A DNA stretch of 52,413 nt from Methylococcales bacterium (GCA_028713145.1 JAQTOT010000001.1:1-52413), one strand, 5' to 3'; counted from the first letter of the stretch, positions 19,085 through 30,075 are shown. Notes: generated by a model from the letters alone, not told the origin. Made by a program: numbers and translations.

Positions 19085-19130
19085 GTAGAATTTTTTCCTG
19101 TTAATGTTTAAAAATAACGATGATTCCAAA

Positions 19131-19157
19131 GTGGGGGATGAATTTTTAACTTTCAAG
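19131..19157 (-). promoter_or_regulatory. sigma32-type promoter for grpE
   Basis: Minus strand reads CTTGAAA-N13-CCCCCACTT. Confidence 0.6.
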
Positions 19158-19234
19158 GATTTTGGCAAAATTTTATTTTGCCGCTTGTAGTAGAATGCGC
19201 GAAACGTACTTTTTTCATTTTTTAGGAGATTCAA

Positions 19235-20314
19235 ATGGCTCAAAAATTATCAGAAATCGTGAGTGCTGGCGTTGTAACGGGCGACGATGTACAAAAAATT
19301 TTCGCATTTTGTAAAGAACACAAAATGGCATTACCTGCGGTGAATGTCGTCAATAGCGATTCAATTAACGCAGTATTAGAAGCGGCGGCAAAATCACAAT
19401 CAGCTGTCATCGTGCAATTTTCAAACGGTGGCGCACAATTTGTCGCAGGCAAAGGGCTGAAATTAGAAGGGCAGGGCGCACAAATTTTAGGTGCAATTTC
19501 AGGCGCACAACATGTTCACGCTGTGGCAAAACATTACGGCGTGCCTGTGATTTTGCACACTGACCATGCCGCAAAAAAATTATTGCCGTGGATTGACGGT
19601 TTGCTTGATGCAGGTGAAGAGCATTTTGCAAAAACAGGCAAACCGCTTTTCAGTTCGCACATGCTCGATTTGTCAGAAGAATCGTTGCATGAAAACATCG
19701 AAATTTCAGCGCGTTATTTAGAGCGCATGAGCAAAATCGGCATGACCCTTGAAATCGAACTCGGTTGCACAGGCGGTGAAGAAGATGGCGTTGATAACAG
19801 CCATTTGCATCAAGACGCGCTTTATACACAACCTGAAGATGTCGCGTATGCGTACGAACAACTGATTAAAATCAGTCCTCGTTTCACGATTGCCGCGTCA
19901 TTTGGCAATGTTCACGGCGTTTATAAACCTGGGAATGTGAAACTCACACCGACGATTTTGCGTGATTCACAAACGCACGTTTCTGAAAAATTTGGTTTGC
20001 CACACAATGCCTTAGATTTTGTATTCCACGGTGGTTCGGGTTCGTCTGCGGCGGAAATTGCCGAAGCAATCAGTTACGGCGTAATCAAAATGAACATCGA
20101 TACCGATACGCAATGGGCGACATGGGCGGGTGTGAAAGCGTATTACGAAACAAACAAAGGCTACTTGCAAGGGCAAATCGGCAATCCTGACGGCGAGGAT
20201 AAACCAAACAAAAAATACTACGACCCCCGCGTTTGGTTACGCGCGTCACAAGTCAGCATGGTGGCGCGAATTGAACAAGCCTTTTCCGAATTGAACGCGG
20301 TGAATTCGCTCTAA
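19235..20314 (+). CDS. fbaA: class II fructose-bisphosphate aldolase
   Basis: 359 aa. Colinear with E. coli FbaA from memory (GVVTGDDVQKIF, ALPAVNVVNSDSINAVLEAAAK, VIVQFSNGGA, HTDH). Confidence 0.95.
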   Translation: MAQKLSEIVSAGVVTGDDVQKIFAFCKEHKMALPAVNVVNSDSINAVLEAAAKSQSAVIVQFSNGGAQFVAGKGLKLEGQGAQILGAISGAQHVHAVAKHYGVPVILHTDHAAKKLLPWIDGLLDAGEEHFAKTGKPLFSSHMLDLSEESLHENIEISARYLERMSKIGMTLEIELGCTGGEEDGVDNSHLHQDALYTQPEDVAYAYEQLIKISPRFTIAASFGNVHGVYKPGNVKLTPTILRDSQTHVSEKFGLPHNALDFVFHGGSGSSAAEIAEAISYGVIKMNIDTDTQWATWAGVKAYYETNKGYLQGQIGNPDGEDKPNKKYYDPRVWLRASQVSMVARIEQAFSELNAVNSL

Positions 20315-20860
20315 ATGCGAGTCGTAAAATTAGGTGGCAGTTTGCTCGAATCGGGCAAACTGTTTGCCTGTTTAAAATATATTGCCACACAAAATAAAAA
20401 CACCGTCGTTGTTTGTGGCGGCGGTGTTTTTGCCGATACGGTTCGCAACGCACAAAAAAAATGGCATTTTGACGATGTCGCCGCACACGAAATGGCAATT
20501 TTAGGAATGCAACAAACCGCGATTTTGTGTCAAAACTTGCAACCCGAGTTTGCGCTGGCTTCAAAAATTTCAGAATTGGAAAATCATCCGCTAGCGATTT
20601 GGTCGCCAGATTTAGCTGAATTGAATGCAGCTGAAATTAAACCTTCGTGGAATGTCACATCTGACAGTTTAGCGGCGTGGCTGGCTAAAAAATTAAAAGC
20701 TGACGAATTGGTGATTGTGAAATCGTGCGACATTGATTCGGCATTAAACGTGGCAGAATTAACGGAGCAATTCATTGTCGATGGCGAATTTTTTAATTTT
20801 GTGGCAAAAGCAAAATTTGAGTTAAAAGTTATTTCAGCAACAGGATTTTTAACTTCATGA
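20315..20860 (+). CDS. small amino-acid-kinase-family protein, possibly MfnE-like (methanofuran/methylofuran biosynthesis kinase)
   Basis: 181 aa. N-terminal VVKLGGSLL nucleotide-binding motif, VVCGGGVFAD, VIVKS. The MfnE assignment is tentative, made from memory of homologues in methylotrophs. Confidence 0.5.
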   Translation: MRVVKLGGSLLESGKLFACLKYIATQNKNTVVVCGGGVFADTVRNAQKKWHFDDVAAHEMAILGMQQTAILCQNLQPEFALASKISELENHPLAIWSPDLAELNAAEIKPSWNVTSDSLAAWLAKKLKADELVIVKSCDIDSALNVAELTEQFIVDGEFFNFVAKAKFELKVISATGFLTS

Positions 20861-21516
20861 AACGTGCTTATTTTGTTACAGGTACAGACACGAATGTCGG
20901 CAAAACGTGGGCAACGTTGGCATTGATGACTCATTTTAAACAGCAAAATTTGTCTGTATTAGGCATGAAACCTGTTGCGTCGGGTTGTGAAAAAAACTGC
21001 GGTGAATGGAAAAATGACGATGCACTGGCAATTCAAGAAAACGGCTCGTTTGTTGTTGATTACAAAATCATCAATCCATTTGCTTACGAATTATCGATTT
21101 CGCCACATTTGGCGGGTAAAGAAAATCCCGCAAACTTCGACATAATTTTGGCAAATTTTCAAACGTTGCAAAATTTGGCAGATGTCGTCATTGTCGAAGG
21201 GGCAGGGGGATGGTACGCACCACTCAATGAAACGGAAACGATTGCAAATTTAGCGAAAAAATTAAATTTACCGATTATTTTGGTTGTTGGGATTCGATTA
21301 GGTTGCATCAATCACGCACTGCTAACGGCGGAGGCGATTAAAAATGCAGGTTTGAATTGCGTGGGTTGGCTAGCCGTTTGCAATGATACAAAGTTTGATT
21401 GTGTAGATTTGACGATTGAGAGTTTAAAAGAACGATTGGAGATACCTTTGTTGGCTATTTTTCCTTATTCGACAGAGGCAGAACGTGACAATGTTTTTAT
21501 TTCAGAGATTGTGTAA
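20857..21516 (+). CDS. bioD: dethiobiotin synthase
   Basis: 219 aa. FVTGTDTNVGKT P-loop, VEGAGGW motif, and an ATGA overlap with the upstream gene. Confidence 0.9.
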   Translation: MKRAYFVTGTDTNVGKTWATLALMTHFKQQNLSVLGMKPVASGCEKNCGEWKNDDALAIQENGSFVVDYKIINPFAYELSISPHLAGKENPANFDIILANFQTLQNLADVVIVEGAGGWYAPLNETETIANLAKKLNLPIILVVGIRLGCINHALLTAEAIKNAGLNCVGWLAVCNDTKFDCVDLTIESLKERLEIPLLAIFPYSTEAERDNVFISEIV

Positions 21517-21517
21517 C

Positions 21518-21550
21518 AAAAAAAAAGCCCCGATTTTACGGGGCTTTTTA
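21518..21550. terminator. bidirectional rho-independent terminator (bioD / ybiT)
   Basis: A9-gccccg-atttta-cggggc-T5. Confidence 0.85.
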
Positions 21551-21560
21551 TTGTCAATTT

Positions 21561-23147
21561 CTAGCCTTGGCTTTCCAAATACTCTTCGTAAGTTCCATTA
21601 AAGTCGATAATTTTGTCGGCTTTGATTTCAATCACGCGCGTTGCTAAGGAGGATACAAACTCGCGGTCATGACTGACGAAAATCAACGTACCAGGATATT
21701 GTTCAAGGGCTGTATTTAGCGATTCAATTGATTCCATGTCTAAATGATTAGTTGGCTCATCCATCACCATGATATTGGCTTTTTGCAACATCAACTTCCC
21801 AAATAACAAACGTCCTTGTTCACCACCCGAAACCACTTTCACTGATTTTTTGATTTCGTCTTGTGAAAATAATAATCGTCCTAATGTCGCACGAATGGTT
21901 TGCTCATCATCACTTTCTTTTTTCCATTGGCTCATCCAATCAAATAGCGTTGCATCTTCGGCAAAATCGTCGGCGTGATCTTGGGCAAAATAGCCAATTT
22001 CAGAGTTTTCCGACCATTTCACTTCGCCCGAATCTGGGGTTAATTCACCGACCAATGTTTTGAGCAATGTTGATTTACCTATCCCGTTTGCGCCAATCAC
22101 CGCCACTCTATCACCAGCCGCAATCATTAAATTCAGATTTTTAAACAGCGGTTCTGCGCCGTAGCCTTTGCTCAAATTTTCAACTTCCAATGCTAAACGA
22201 TGCAATTTTTTCGTTTGATCAAAACGAATAAACGGATTCACACGACTTGAAGGTTTGACTTCATCGAGTTTAATTTTTTCTAATTGTTTTGCGCGAGAAG
22301 TTGCTTGTTTTGCTTTCGACGCATTCGCAGAAAAACGACTTACGAACGTTTGCAATTCTGCAATTTGCGTTTTCTTTTTCGCGTTGCTGGCGAGTAATTG
22401 CTCACGAACTTGCGTTGAGGCAATCATGTAGTCGTCATAATTACCAGGATAAACACGCAATTCACCGTAATCCATATCGGCAATGTGCGTGCAAACGCTG
22501 TTTAAAAAGTGACGATCATGCGAAATAATCACCATTGTGCAGTTACGGTCGTTCAAAATGTCTTCTAACCAACGAATGGTGTTGATGTCCAAGTTGTTCG
22601 TCGGTTCGTCGAGCAACATGATGTCAGGATTTGCAAACAACGCTTGTGCAAGCAAAACGCGTAATTTCCAACCTGGTGCAACCGCGCTCATCAAGCCAAA
22701 ATGTTGCTCAACGGGAATATCTAAACCGAGCAATAATTCTCCAGCGCGAGATTCAGCGGTGTAGCCGTTATATTCAGCAAACACAGTTTCGAGTTCAGCG
22801 GCGTGCATATAGTCGTCTTCGGTGGCTTCTAAATTCGCGTAAATGGCATCGCGTTCAGACATTGCCGCCCACATTTCTTTGTGTCCCATCAGCACAACAT
22901 CGATAACGCGATAATCTTCAAAGGCAAATTGGTCTTGGCGCAAATTTCCCAAACGCTCATTCGGCGTAATGCTGACATTTCCCGCCGTTGGCTCTAAATC
23001 GCCGCTGAGAATTTTCATAAATGTGGATTTGCCACAGCCGTTTGCGCCAATTAAACCGTAGCGATTACCGTCGCCAAATTTAACAGAAATGTTTTCAAAT
23101 AATGGCTTTGCGCCAAATTGCATGGTGATATTTGCGGTAGAAATCAA
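21561..23147 (-). CDS. ybiT: ABC-F family ATPase YbiT
   Basis: 528 aa with two ABC cassettes. Colinear with E. coli YbiT as I remember it ([41 protein letters not shown]). Confidence 0.88.
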   Translation of the reverse strand: MISTANITMQFGAKPLFENISVKFGDGNRYGLIGANGCGKSTFMKILSGDLEPTAGNVSITPNERLGNLRQDQFAFEDYRVIDVVLMGHKEMWAAMSERDAIYANLEATEDDYMHAAELETVFAEYNGYTAESRAGELLLGLDIPVEQHFGLMSAVAPGWKLRVLLAQALFANPDIMLLDEPTNNLDINTIRWLEDILNDRNCTMVIISHDRHFLNSVCTHIADMDYGELRVYPGNYDDYMIASTQVREQLLASNAKKKTQIAELQTFVSRFSANASKAKQATSRAKQLEKIKLDEVKPSSRVNPFIRFDQTKKLHRLALEVENLSKGYGAEPLFKNLNLMIAAGDRVAVIGANGIGKSTLLKTLVGELTPDSGEVKWSENSEIGYFAQDHADDFAEDATLFDWMSQWKKESDDEQTIRATLGRLLFSQDEIKKSVKVVSGGEQGRLLFGKLMLQKANIMVMDEPTNHLDMESIESLNTALEQYPGTLIFVSHDREFVSSLATRVIEIKADKIIDFNGTYEEYLESQG

Positions 23148-23189
23148 AGTTTTTTCCTAAAAATCGAATTGAAGTGAGAGGATTGAAAA

Positions 23190-23498
23190 TTAAACGAAGG
23201 AGCAAATGTAATCGGTTGGCGTGTGAACGCGCATTTTAAACTGTGAATTTTCAGGCACGTTGAACGCTTCACCGCCTTTTACAGGTTTCCAATCTTCATT
23301 TGGTAACAAAACGTCTAATTCGCCGCTTTGAATTTCCATAATTTCAGGTACACCAACGTTAAAAATATATTCGCCTGCTTGCATAAAACCTAACGTTTTG
23401 GTTGAACCGTCGGCAAATTTCACCGTGCGACTAATTACATTGCCATCGAAATAGACGTTGGCTTTTTTAACAACTGAAACATTTGTAAATTCTGACAT
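23190..23498 (-). CDS. ppnP: pyrimidine/purine nucleoside phosphorylase PpnP (DUF1255)
   Basis: 102 aa. ANVYFDGNVISR...GEYIFNVGVPEIMEI..GEL pattern of the YaiE/PpnP cupin family. Confidence 0.8.
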   Translation of the reverse strand: MSEFTNVSVVKKANVYFDGNVISRTVKFADGSTKTLGFMQAGEYIFNVGVPEIMEIQSGELDVLLPNEDWKPVKGGEAFNVPENSQFKMRVHTPTDYICSFV

Positions 23499-23519
23499 GA
23501 GTTTTTCCTTTTTTGATTT

Positions 23520-24299
23520 TTAAGATTGAGATTCTGCTGGCGCATAAATAATTTTTTGTCCAGGATAAGTTGAACGAATGCTATCGAGTTTGTGTTGCGT
23601 AAGTTCTGCACCTTGCTTGACCAAAATTGCGCCATATTGGTCACACAAATCGCCTGATTCTAATTTACCTGGTACCAAATAAACGAGTTTATACAGATTT
23701 AATTCATTGTTTTTTATAGGCAAATAAAATACTGGGTTACGTTGCAAAATCCCTAAAAAGACAGTGACCAATGCAGGGTCAAGTTCTGTGCCGCTCGATT
23801 CAGCGGTTAAATGATGAGTAATATCTTCGGGAATGGAGCGTTCTTCTCCGAACATTTCACCAATCATCATGGCATCATATAAATCGGCAACCGCTAAAAT
23901 TCGAGCGGCAAGCGAAATTTCATCACCTTTCAAACCGTCAGGATAACCTTCGCCGTTGAACTTTTCATGATGATGTTTTACAACATCTAATACTTCGGGG
24001 TCAGCAATAATTTTTGAAAGCAAATGCACGCCTTCAGTGACGTGGCGGTGAATTAAATCCGCATCAGTGTGCAACGTCATATCGCGCGAAATTTGACTGA
24101 AATCAACATCGAGTTTTAAAAAACCAATGTCGTGAACCAAGCCACTTAAAAAAATACGTTTTTGGAAATCGGCTGATTGCCCTAATTCTTTTGCTAATTC
24201 ACGAGCATAACAAGCAACACGTTTGCTATGCCAGCCGAGTTTTACGTCAGCTTTGTGTTGAGCTAAAAGCAAAATTTCTAATAATCCACTGTTTATCAT
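23520..24299 (-). CDS. HD-GYP domain phosphodiesterase (stand-alone, no receiver domain)
   Basis: 259 aa. HSKRV...LVHDIGF (HD) and HHHEKFNGEGYPDGLKG (GYP), followed by about 70 aa of extra C-terminal sequence. Confidence 0.85.
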   Translation of the reverse strand: MINSGLLEILLLAQHKADVKLGWHSKRVACYARELAKELGQSADFQKRIFLSGLVHDIGFLKLDVDFSQISRDMTLHTDADLIHRHVTEGVHLLSKIIADPEVLDVVKHHHEKFNGEGYPDGLKGDEISLAARILAVADLYDAMMIGEMFGEERSIPEDITHHLTAESSGTELDPALVTVFLGILQRNPVFYLPIKNNELNLYKLVYLVPGKLESGDLCDQYGAILVKQGAELTQHKLDSIRSTYPGQKIIYAPAESQS

Positions 24300-24320
24300 A
24301 ATTGCATCTCAAAATAATTT

Positions 24321-24803
24321 TTAAACGCGAACAAATGAATGGTTGTGGCATGTTGGACATTCGGGAATACGGCTTGTCGTTTTAAATGCGATGTGTTTTT
24401 TACAATCCTCACATTCAAATGTTCCCGCAATCGTAATATCACCGCTGTTGTATTTGTGCGTGATGGCATGTTGTTCAATTTCAGCCAATTCAACGCGCGT
24501 TTTATCCGCAACACTTAAAAAAGCGTCCCACGTTAAATTTTCAATCAATTCAATATCAAATTTTAACCATTCGGTCAGTGAATCGTTGTCGTGAGCAGGC
24601 AAGTTTTGTGCAGCGTGGTGTACATCTCGATGAACTTGACTTGAAACGTGTTCGAGTTCTTGATCGCTTAACTGATGATCTGCCCCGATTTTTTCTTTTG
24701 ACGTTTCAAACGCATCGGTAAAAGAGTTGAGAGTGTCTTCCATCGTTTCATGCAAATGGTGCATGAAATCACTGTATGCGGTAATCAATTTCTGGGTATT
24801 CAT
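24321..24803 (-). CDS. zinc-ribbon-containing protein (DUF1451-like)
   Basis: 160 aa. Helical N-terminal part and a C-terminal CEDC...CPTC ribbon. Confidence 0.65.
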   Translation of the reverse strand: MNTQKLITAYSDFMHHLHETMEDTLNSFTDAFETSKEKIGADHQLSDQELEHVSSQVHRDVHHAAQNLPAHDNDSLTEWLKFDIELIENLTWDAFLSVADKTRVELAEIEQHAITHKYNSGDITIAGTFECEDCKKHIAFKTTSRIPECPTCHNHSFVRV

Positions 24804-24997
24804 AAAAAGTCCTCAAGTGGAAAAATTAACATTGCGACTATTCTAACTGGTTTGCATGAAAAAATAGCGATACCGAAAATTTTTCTTTTTATAAAATTTC
24901 AAGGAGATCTATTCTGAAGATGGCACGCTTTCTGCCTTGTTAGCTTTTTAAGATTCCTTTACCATGATTCAACTTTTTTATTTCGAATTCAAACATT

Positions 24998-26659
24998 ATG
25001 CAAACTCCTGAAACTGTTTTACCCACGAATTTTATTCGTCAAATTGTGGCGAGTGATTTAGCCGCAAATAAAAATAATGGCAAAGTTACCACCCGTTTTC
25101 CACCCGAACCAAATGGCTATTTGCACATTGGTCATGCAAAATCGATTTGTTTGAACTTTGGCACAGCGTTAGAAAATAACGGCACTTGTAATTTGCGTTT
25201 CGACGATACGAATCCTGAAAAAGAAAGCGTCGAATACATGGATTCCATTAAACGTGATGTGGCTTGGCTAGGTTTTAAATGGACAGAATTGCATCATGCG
25301 TCAGATTATTTTGAGCAACTTTATCAATATGCCGTGGAATTGATTAAGAAAAATTTAGCGTATGTGGACAGTTTATCGGCTGATGAAATTCGTGCGTATC
25401 GTGGCACATTGACACAAGCAGGCAAAGAAAGTCCTGACCGTAATCGCAGCATCGAAGAAAATTTAGACTTGTTTGCTCGAATGCGGGCGGGCGAATTTGC
25501 TGATGGACAATATGTGTTGCGAGCGAAAATCGATATGGCTTCGCCAAATATGAATATGCGCGATCCGACAATTTATCGTATTCGTCGCGTTCATCATCAC
25601 AGCACGGGCGATGCGTGGTGCATTTACCCGATGTACGATTACACGCATTGCATTTCCGACGCGCTGGAAAATATCACTCATTCACTTTGTACCTTAGAAT
25701 TTGCTGATCACCGTCCGCTTTATGATTGGGTTTTAGACCAACTCGATGTGCCTTGTCATCCGCAACAAATTGAATTCGCCCGCTTGCAACTTGAATACAC
25801 GATTGTGAGCAAACGCAAATTGAATCAATTGGTCACGGAAAAACACGTTTCTGGTTGGGATGATCCACGAATGCCAACGATTGCGGGTTTGCGCCGTGCG
25901 GGTTTTACGCCGCAATCAATTAAAGACTTCTGCGAACGCATTGGTATTACGAAACAAAATTCGTGGATTGAAATGGGTGTTTTGGAATACTGCATCCGTG
26001 AAGATTTAAATACAAATGCGTTTCGAGCAATGGCAGTTTTAGAACCTTTGCGCGTTGTTATTACCAATTACCCAGAGGATAAAATTGAGCATTTAGACGT
26101 TTCAAATCATCCGCAACGTGAAGAGTTTGGTAAACGAGTTGTGCCATTTTCAAAAACACTTTTCATTGAACGAGATGATTTTTCTGAAAATCCGCCACCA
26201 AAATATAAGCGTTTAAGTTTAGGTGAAGAAGTGCGTTTGCGTGGTTCGTATGTGATTCGTTGCGACGAGGTGATTAAAAATGCAGACGGCGAAATTATCG
26301 AGTTACGTTGCAGTTATGACGAAAATACACTCGGTAAAAATCCTGAAGGACGCAAAGCAGAAGGGGTCATTCATTGGGTAGACGAAGTAAGTTCACATGC
26401 AGCGGAAATTCGTTTATATGACCGTTTATTCACCGTTCCACAACCTGATAATGAAGAAAACTTTTTAGATGTTGTGAATCCAGATTCGTTGCAAATTTTA
26501 AAAAATTGCCGAGTTGAAGCGAGTTTAAAAAATGCAACGCTTGAAAATCGTTACCAATTTGAACGTACGGGTTATTTTTGTTTAGATACTGACAGTTCAC
26601 TTGATAAATTAGTGTTCAATCGCACTGTAACATTGCGGGATAACGGGCAAAAGGATTAG
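24998..26659 (+). CDS. glnS: glutamine--tRNA ligase
   Basis: 553 aa. HIGH motif ([14 protein letters not shown]) and VSKRK (KMSKS-type) motif. Confidence 0.96.
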   Translation: MQTPETVLPTNFIRQIVASDLAANKNNGKVTTRFPPEPNGYLHIGHAKSICLNFGTALENNGTCNLRFDDTNPEKESVEYMDSIKRDVAWLGFKWTELHHASDYFEQLYQYAVELIKKNLAYVDSLSADEIRAYRGTLTQAGKESPDRNRSIEENLDLFARMRAGEFADGQYVLRAKIDMASPNMNMRDPTIYRIRRVHHHSTGDAWCIYPMYDYTHCISDALENITHSLCTLEFADHRPLYDWVLDQLDVPCHPQQIEFARLQLEYTIVSKRKLNQLVTEKHVSGWDDPRMPTIAGLRRAGFTPQSIKDFCERIGITKQNSWIEMGVLEYCIREDLNTNAFRAMAVLEPLRVVITNYPEDKIEHLDVSNHPQREEFGKRVVPFSKTLFIERDDFSENPPPKYKRLSLGEEVRLRGSYVIRCDEVIKNADGEIIELRCSYDENTLGKNPEGRKAEGVIHWVDEVSSHAAEIRLYDRLFTVPQPDNEENFLDVVNPDSLQILKNCRVEASLKNATLENRYQFERTGYFCLDTDSSLDKLVFNRTVTLRDNGQKD

Positions 26660-26672
26660 GGCGTATTTTGCA

Positions 26673-26700
26673 TTGACACGCCCACCCCTTGTACTTTAAA
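26673..26700 (+). promoter_or_regulatory. strong sigma70-type promoter for hps-phi
   Basis: TTGACA-N16-TTTAAA, about 65 nt upstream of the hps ATG. Confidence 0.55.
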
Positions 26701-26765
26701 GTTAGCTCCGCATAAATTAGCGTAACAATTTTAACTATAACTATAACTTTTTTGGAGTGTACATC

Positions 26766-27407
26766 ATGGCAAAACCATTGATTCAAATGGCATTAGATTC
26801 ATTAGATTTCGACGCAACTATCTCATTAGCAAAACAAGTTGCTCCTTTTGTTGATATTTTCGAAATCGGCACACCTTGCATTAAACACAACGGTATTAAC
26901 TTAGTTAAAGCGTTGCGTGCAGAATTCCCTGATAAATTGTTGTTAGTTGACTTAAAAACGATGGACGCAGGCGAATACGAAGCGACCCCTTTCTATGCAG
27001 CTGGCGCAGACATCGTGACCGTTTTAGGTGTTTCAGGTTTAGCAACTTGCAAAGGTGTCATCAAAGCAGCTAACGCACACGCAGCTGAAGCACAAATTGA
27101 CTTAATCAATGTTGACGACAAAGCAGCTTGCGCTCGCGCAACCGTTGCAGCTGGCGCACAAATCGTTGGCGTTCACACAGGTTTAGATGCACAAGCAGCG
27201 GGTCACACACCATTTGCTGATTTGAGCTTAATTTCTGACTTAGGTTTGAACGTTCGTATTTCAGTTGCTGGCGGTATCAATACTAAAACTGTTCAAGACG
27301 TGGTTCGTGCAGGCGCAAGCATCATCGTTGTTGGCGCAGCTATCTATGGCGCACCATCACCAGCTGAAGCAGCTCGTGAAATCCGTGAATTAGTTGACGC
27401 TGTTTAA
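26766..27407 (+). CDS. hps: 3-hexulose-6-phosphate synthase
   Basis: 213 aa from ATG 26766 (SD GGAG 8 nt upstream). MAKPLIQMALDSLD...VDIFEIGTP...LLLVDLKTMDAGEYEA...VAGGI, highly similar to the Methylomonas Hps (RmpA) I recall. Confidence 0.95.
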   Translation: MAKPLIQMALDSLDFDATISLAKQVAPFVDIFEIGTPCIKHNGINLVKALRAEFPDKLLLVDLKTMDAGEYEATPFYAAGADIVTVLGVSGLATCKGVIKAANAHAAEAQIDLINVDDKAACARATVAAGAQIVGVHTGLDAQAAGHTPFADLSLISDLGLNVRISVAGGINTKTVQDVVRAGASIIVVGAAIYGAPSPAEAAREIRELVDAV

Positions 27408-27421
27408 TTAAAGGAAGCCTT

Positions 27422-27955
27422 ATGCACCAACAACTTATCTTAGATAAAATCACAGGTATCCTCGAAGCAACGGAGGAGGCGTATGATGAAAAACTCACTG
27501 CTATGCTCGACGACGCGGGTCGCATTTTTATTGCGGGGGCGGGACGTTCAAAACTAGTTGGCAATTTCTTTGCGATGCGGTTGGTGCATGGTGGTTACAA
27601 CGTAAATGTTGTCGGCGAAATCGTTACTCCAAGTATTAAAAATGGCGATTTACTAATCGTTATTTCAGGTTCTGGTGAAACTGAACAGTTGGTTGCCTTT
27701 ACAAAAAGCGCGAAAAAGGTTGGCGCGAAAATTATGTTGATTTCGTCAAGAGCAACATCAACAATCGGTGACATGGCAGATGGCGTTTTCCAAATCGGTC
27801 GTGAAGACTTGTATGGTAAAGTTGTTGGTATGCCAATGGGAACGGTTTTCGAGTTATCAACATTGCTTTTCTTGGAATCCACAATTTCTCATATTATTCA
27901 TGAGAAGGGCATTCCTGAAGAGATTATGCGCGAAAGACACGCAAATTTAGAATAA
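27422..27955 (+). CDS. phi: 6-phospho-3-hexuloisomerase
   Basis: 177 aa SIS-domain protein (RIFIAGAGRSKLV, LLIVISGSGET), directly downstream of hps. Confidence 0.92.
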   Translation: MHQQLILDKITGILEATEEAYDEKLTAMLDDAGRIFIAGAGRSKLVGNFFAMRLVHGGYNVNVVGEIVTPSIKNGDLLIVISGSGETEQLVAFTKSAKKVGAKIMLISSRATSTIGDMADGVFQIGREDLYGKVVGMPMGTVFELSTLLFLESTISHIIHEKGIPEEIMRERHANLE

Positions 27956-28012
27956 TAATCAAATTGAAGACGAGTGATTGTTCATTCGTGATTTCAGAAC
28001 AGAATACATAGG

Positions 28013-28050
28013 TTGCACTATTGAATAAAATTTAGTAGTGCAATTTTTTT
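28013..28050 (+). terminator. intra-cluster rho-independent terminator or attenuator between phi and tkt
   Basis: ttgcacta / tagtgcaa stem (8 bp, 15-nt loop) followed by T7. Confidence 0.6.
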
Positions 28051-28075
28051 AACAGATACCATAAAAGGAGAGAAG

Positions 28076-30061
28076 ATGACTTCGCGTAGAGAATTAGCAA
28101 ACGCTATTCGCGCTTTGAGCATGGATGCTGTACAAAAAGCAAATTCAGGACACCCAGGTGCGCCAATGGGTATGGCGGACATCGCCGAAGTGTTGTGGAA
28201 TGACCATTTAAAACATAATCCAACAAATCCACATTGGGCTGATCGTGACCGTTTCATTTTGTCAAATGGTCATGGCTCTATGTTGATTTACTCGTTATTG
28301 CATCTTTCAGGCTATGATTTGCCAATGAAAGAATTGCAATCGTTCCGTCAATTGCATTCTAAATGCCCTGGTCATCCAGAATACGGTTATGCACCTGGTG
28401 TTGAAACAACAACAGGTCCTTTAGGTCAAGGTATTACCAACGCGGTTGGTTTTGCAATGGCAGAAAAATTATTAGCGTATCAATTCAACAAACCAGGTCA
28501 TGAAATCGTTGATCATTACACTTATACTTTCTTAGGTGATGGTTGCATGATGGAAGGCGTGTCACACGAAGCATGTGCGCTCGCTGGAACTTGGGGCTTA
28601 GGCAAATTAGTTGCGTTCTGGGACGATAACAACATTTCTATCGACGGTCACATTGATGGCTGGTACACCGATGATACTGTAAAACGTTTTGAAGCCTACG
28701 GTTGGCACGTTCAATCAGTTGACGGTCATAATGCCGACCAAATCAACGATGCAATTAAAGCTGCAAAAGCGATTACAGATAAACCATCTTTAATTTGCTG
28801 CAAAACAATCATCGGATTCGGTTCACCAAATAAAAGCGGTAGCCATGATTGTCACGGTTCTGCATTAGGTGACGCGGAAGTTGCATTGACTCGTAAAGAA
28901 TTAGGTTGGACACACGAACCATTTGTGATTCCTACTGACATTTATGCTGGTTGGGATGCAAAAGCAAAAGGTGCTACAGCTGAAAAAGCATGGGACGAAA
29001 AATTTGCAGCTTACGCGGCAGCTTTCCCAGCAGAAGCAGCTGAATTCAAACGCCGCATGGCAGGTGATTTACCAGCGAACTGGAAAGAATTTACCGACGC
29101 ATTCATCAAAGCAACCAATGAAAAAGGCGAAAACTTAGCATCTCGCCAAGCGTCACAAAAAACAATTGCTGGTTTGGCTGAAATTTTACCTGAGTTTTTA
29201 GGTGGTTCTGCGGATTTGACAGGTTCAAACTTAACGAGTTGTTCAAGTTTCAAACACGTTAGTGGCAAAGAGCCAGGTAACTACATTTCTTATGGTGTAC
29301 GCGAATTCGGTATGTTTGCCATTATGAATGGTATGGCATTGCACGGTGGTTTATTGCCATTCGGCGGCACATTCCACATGTTCTCTGACTACGCGAAAAG
29401 CGCGTTGCGTATGGCTGCGTTGATGAAACAACGCACTATCGCCGTATTAACGCACGATTCAATCGGTCAAGGCGAAGATGGTCCAACGCATCAACCAATC
29501 GAAAATACATCTGGCTTACGTTATATTCCAAACATGGACGTATGGAGACCAGCTGATTCAACCGAAACTGCGGTTGCGTGGGTTTATGCTGTTGAACGTA
29601 AAAATGGACCAACTAGTTTGGTGTTGAGCCGTCAAGGTATTCCAGCTATTGCACATGATGATGCACAAATTGCTGCAATGCGTAAAGGTGCTTACGTCGT
29701 TTCAGAAGCAGCTGGTACAGCCAATGTGATTTTGATTGCAACAGGCTCAGAAGTCACATTAGCAATGAAATCACAAGCAGCATTAGCAGCTGAAGGTATC
29801 AATGCTCGCGTCGTTTCTATGCCATCGACTAATGTTTTTGATCGTCAAGATCAAGCCTACAAAGACAGCATTTTGATTCCTGGCGTTAAACGTGTAGCAA
29901 TCGAAGCGGGTGTTAGTGATTTCTGGCGTAAATATGTTGGTTTAGAAGGCGGTGTTGTTGGTATTGATACCTTCGGCGAATCAGCACCAGGCAACGTGTT
30001 ATTTGAACATTTCGGTTTCACGCCTGAAAACGTGGTCAAACACGTTAAAGCGGTGCTTTAA
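28076..30061 (+). CDS. tkt: transketolase
   Basis: 661 aa with [23 protein letters not shown], the GDGCMMEG ThDP motif and the full-length pattern. Confidence 0.97.
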   Translation: MTSRRELANAIRALSMDAVQKANSGHPGAPMGMADIAEVLWNDHLKHNPTNPHWADRDRFILSNGHGSMLIYSLLHLSGYDLPMKELQSFRQLHSKCPGHPEYGYAPGVETTTGPLGQGITNAVGFAMAEKLLAYQFNKPGHEIVDHYTYTFLGDGCMMEGVSHEACALAGTWGLGKLVAFWDDNNISIDGHIDGWYTDDTVKRFEAYGWHVQSVDGHNADQINDAIKAAKAITDKPSLICCKTIIGFGSPNKSGSHDCHGSALGDAEVALTRKELGWTHEPFVIPTDIYAGWDAKAKGATAEKAWDEKFAAYAAAFPAEAAEFKRRMAGDLPANWKEFTDAFIKATNEKGENLASRQASQKTIAGLAEILPEFLGGSADLTGSNLTSCSSFKHVSGKEPGNYISYGVREFGMFAIMNGMALHGGLLPFGGTFHMFSDYAKSALRMAALMKQRTIAVLTHDSIGQGEDGPTHQPIENTSGLRYIPNMDVWRPADSTETAVAWVYAVERKNGPTSLVLSRQGIPAIAHDDAQIAAMRKGAYVVSEAAGTANVILIATGSEVTLAMKSQAALAAEGINARVVSMPSTNVFDRQDQAYKDSILIPGVKRVAIEAGVSDFWRKYVGLEGGVVGIDTFGESAPGNVLFEHFGFTPENVVKHVKAVL

Positions 30062-30075
30062 TTTTTAGCACGAAT

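Noticed and set aside
19085-19243. N-terminal extension of the grpE ORF (241-aa version)
   Set aside because: The extension would cover the sigma32 promoter and overlap the fbaA start. The GrpE-like sequence begins at MSNAEENL (ATG 19084).
26757-26765. GTG-initiated extension of hps; likewise the 31446-31454 extension of tal
   Set aside because: In both cases the GTG lies within or adjacent to the SD sequence serving the downstream ATG. The known family N-termini (MAKPLIQ..., MSQSLLEQL...) start at the ATG.
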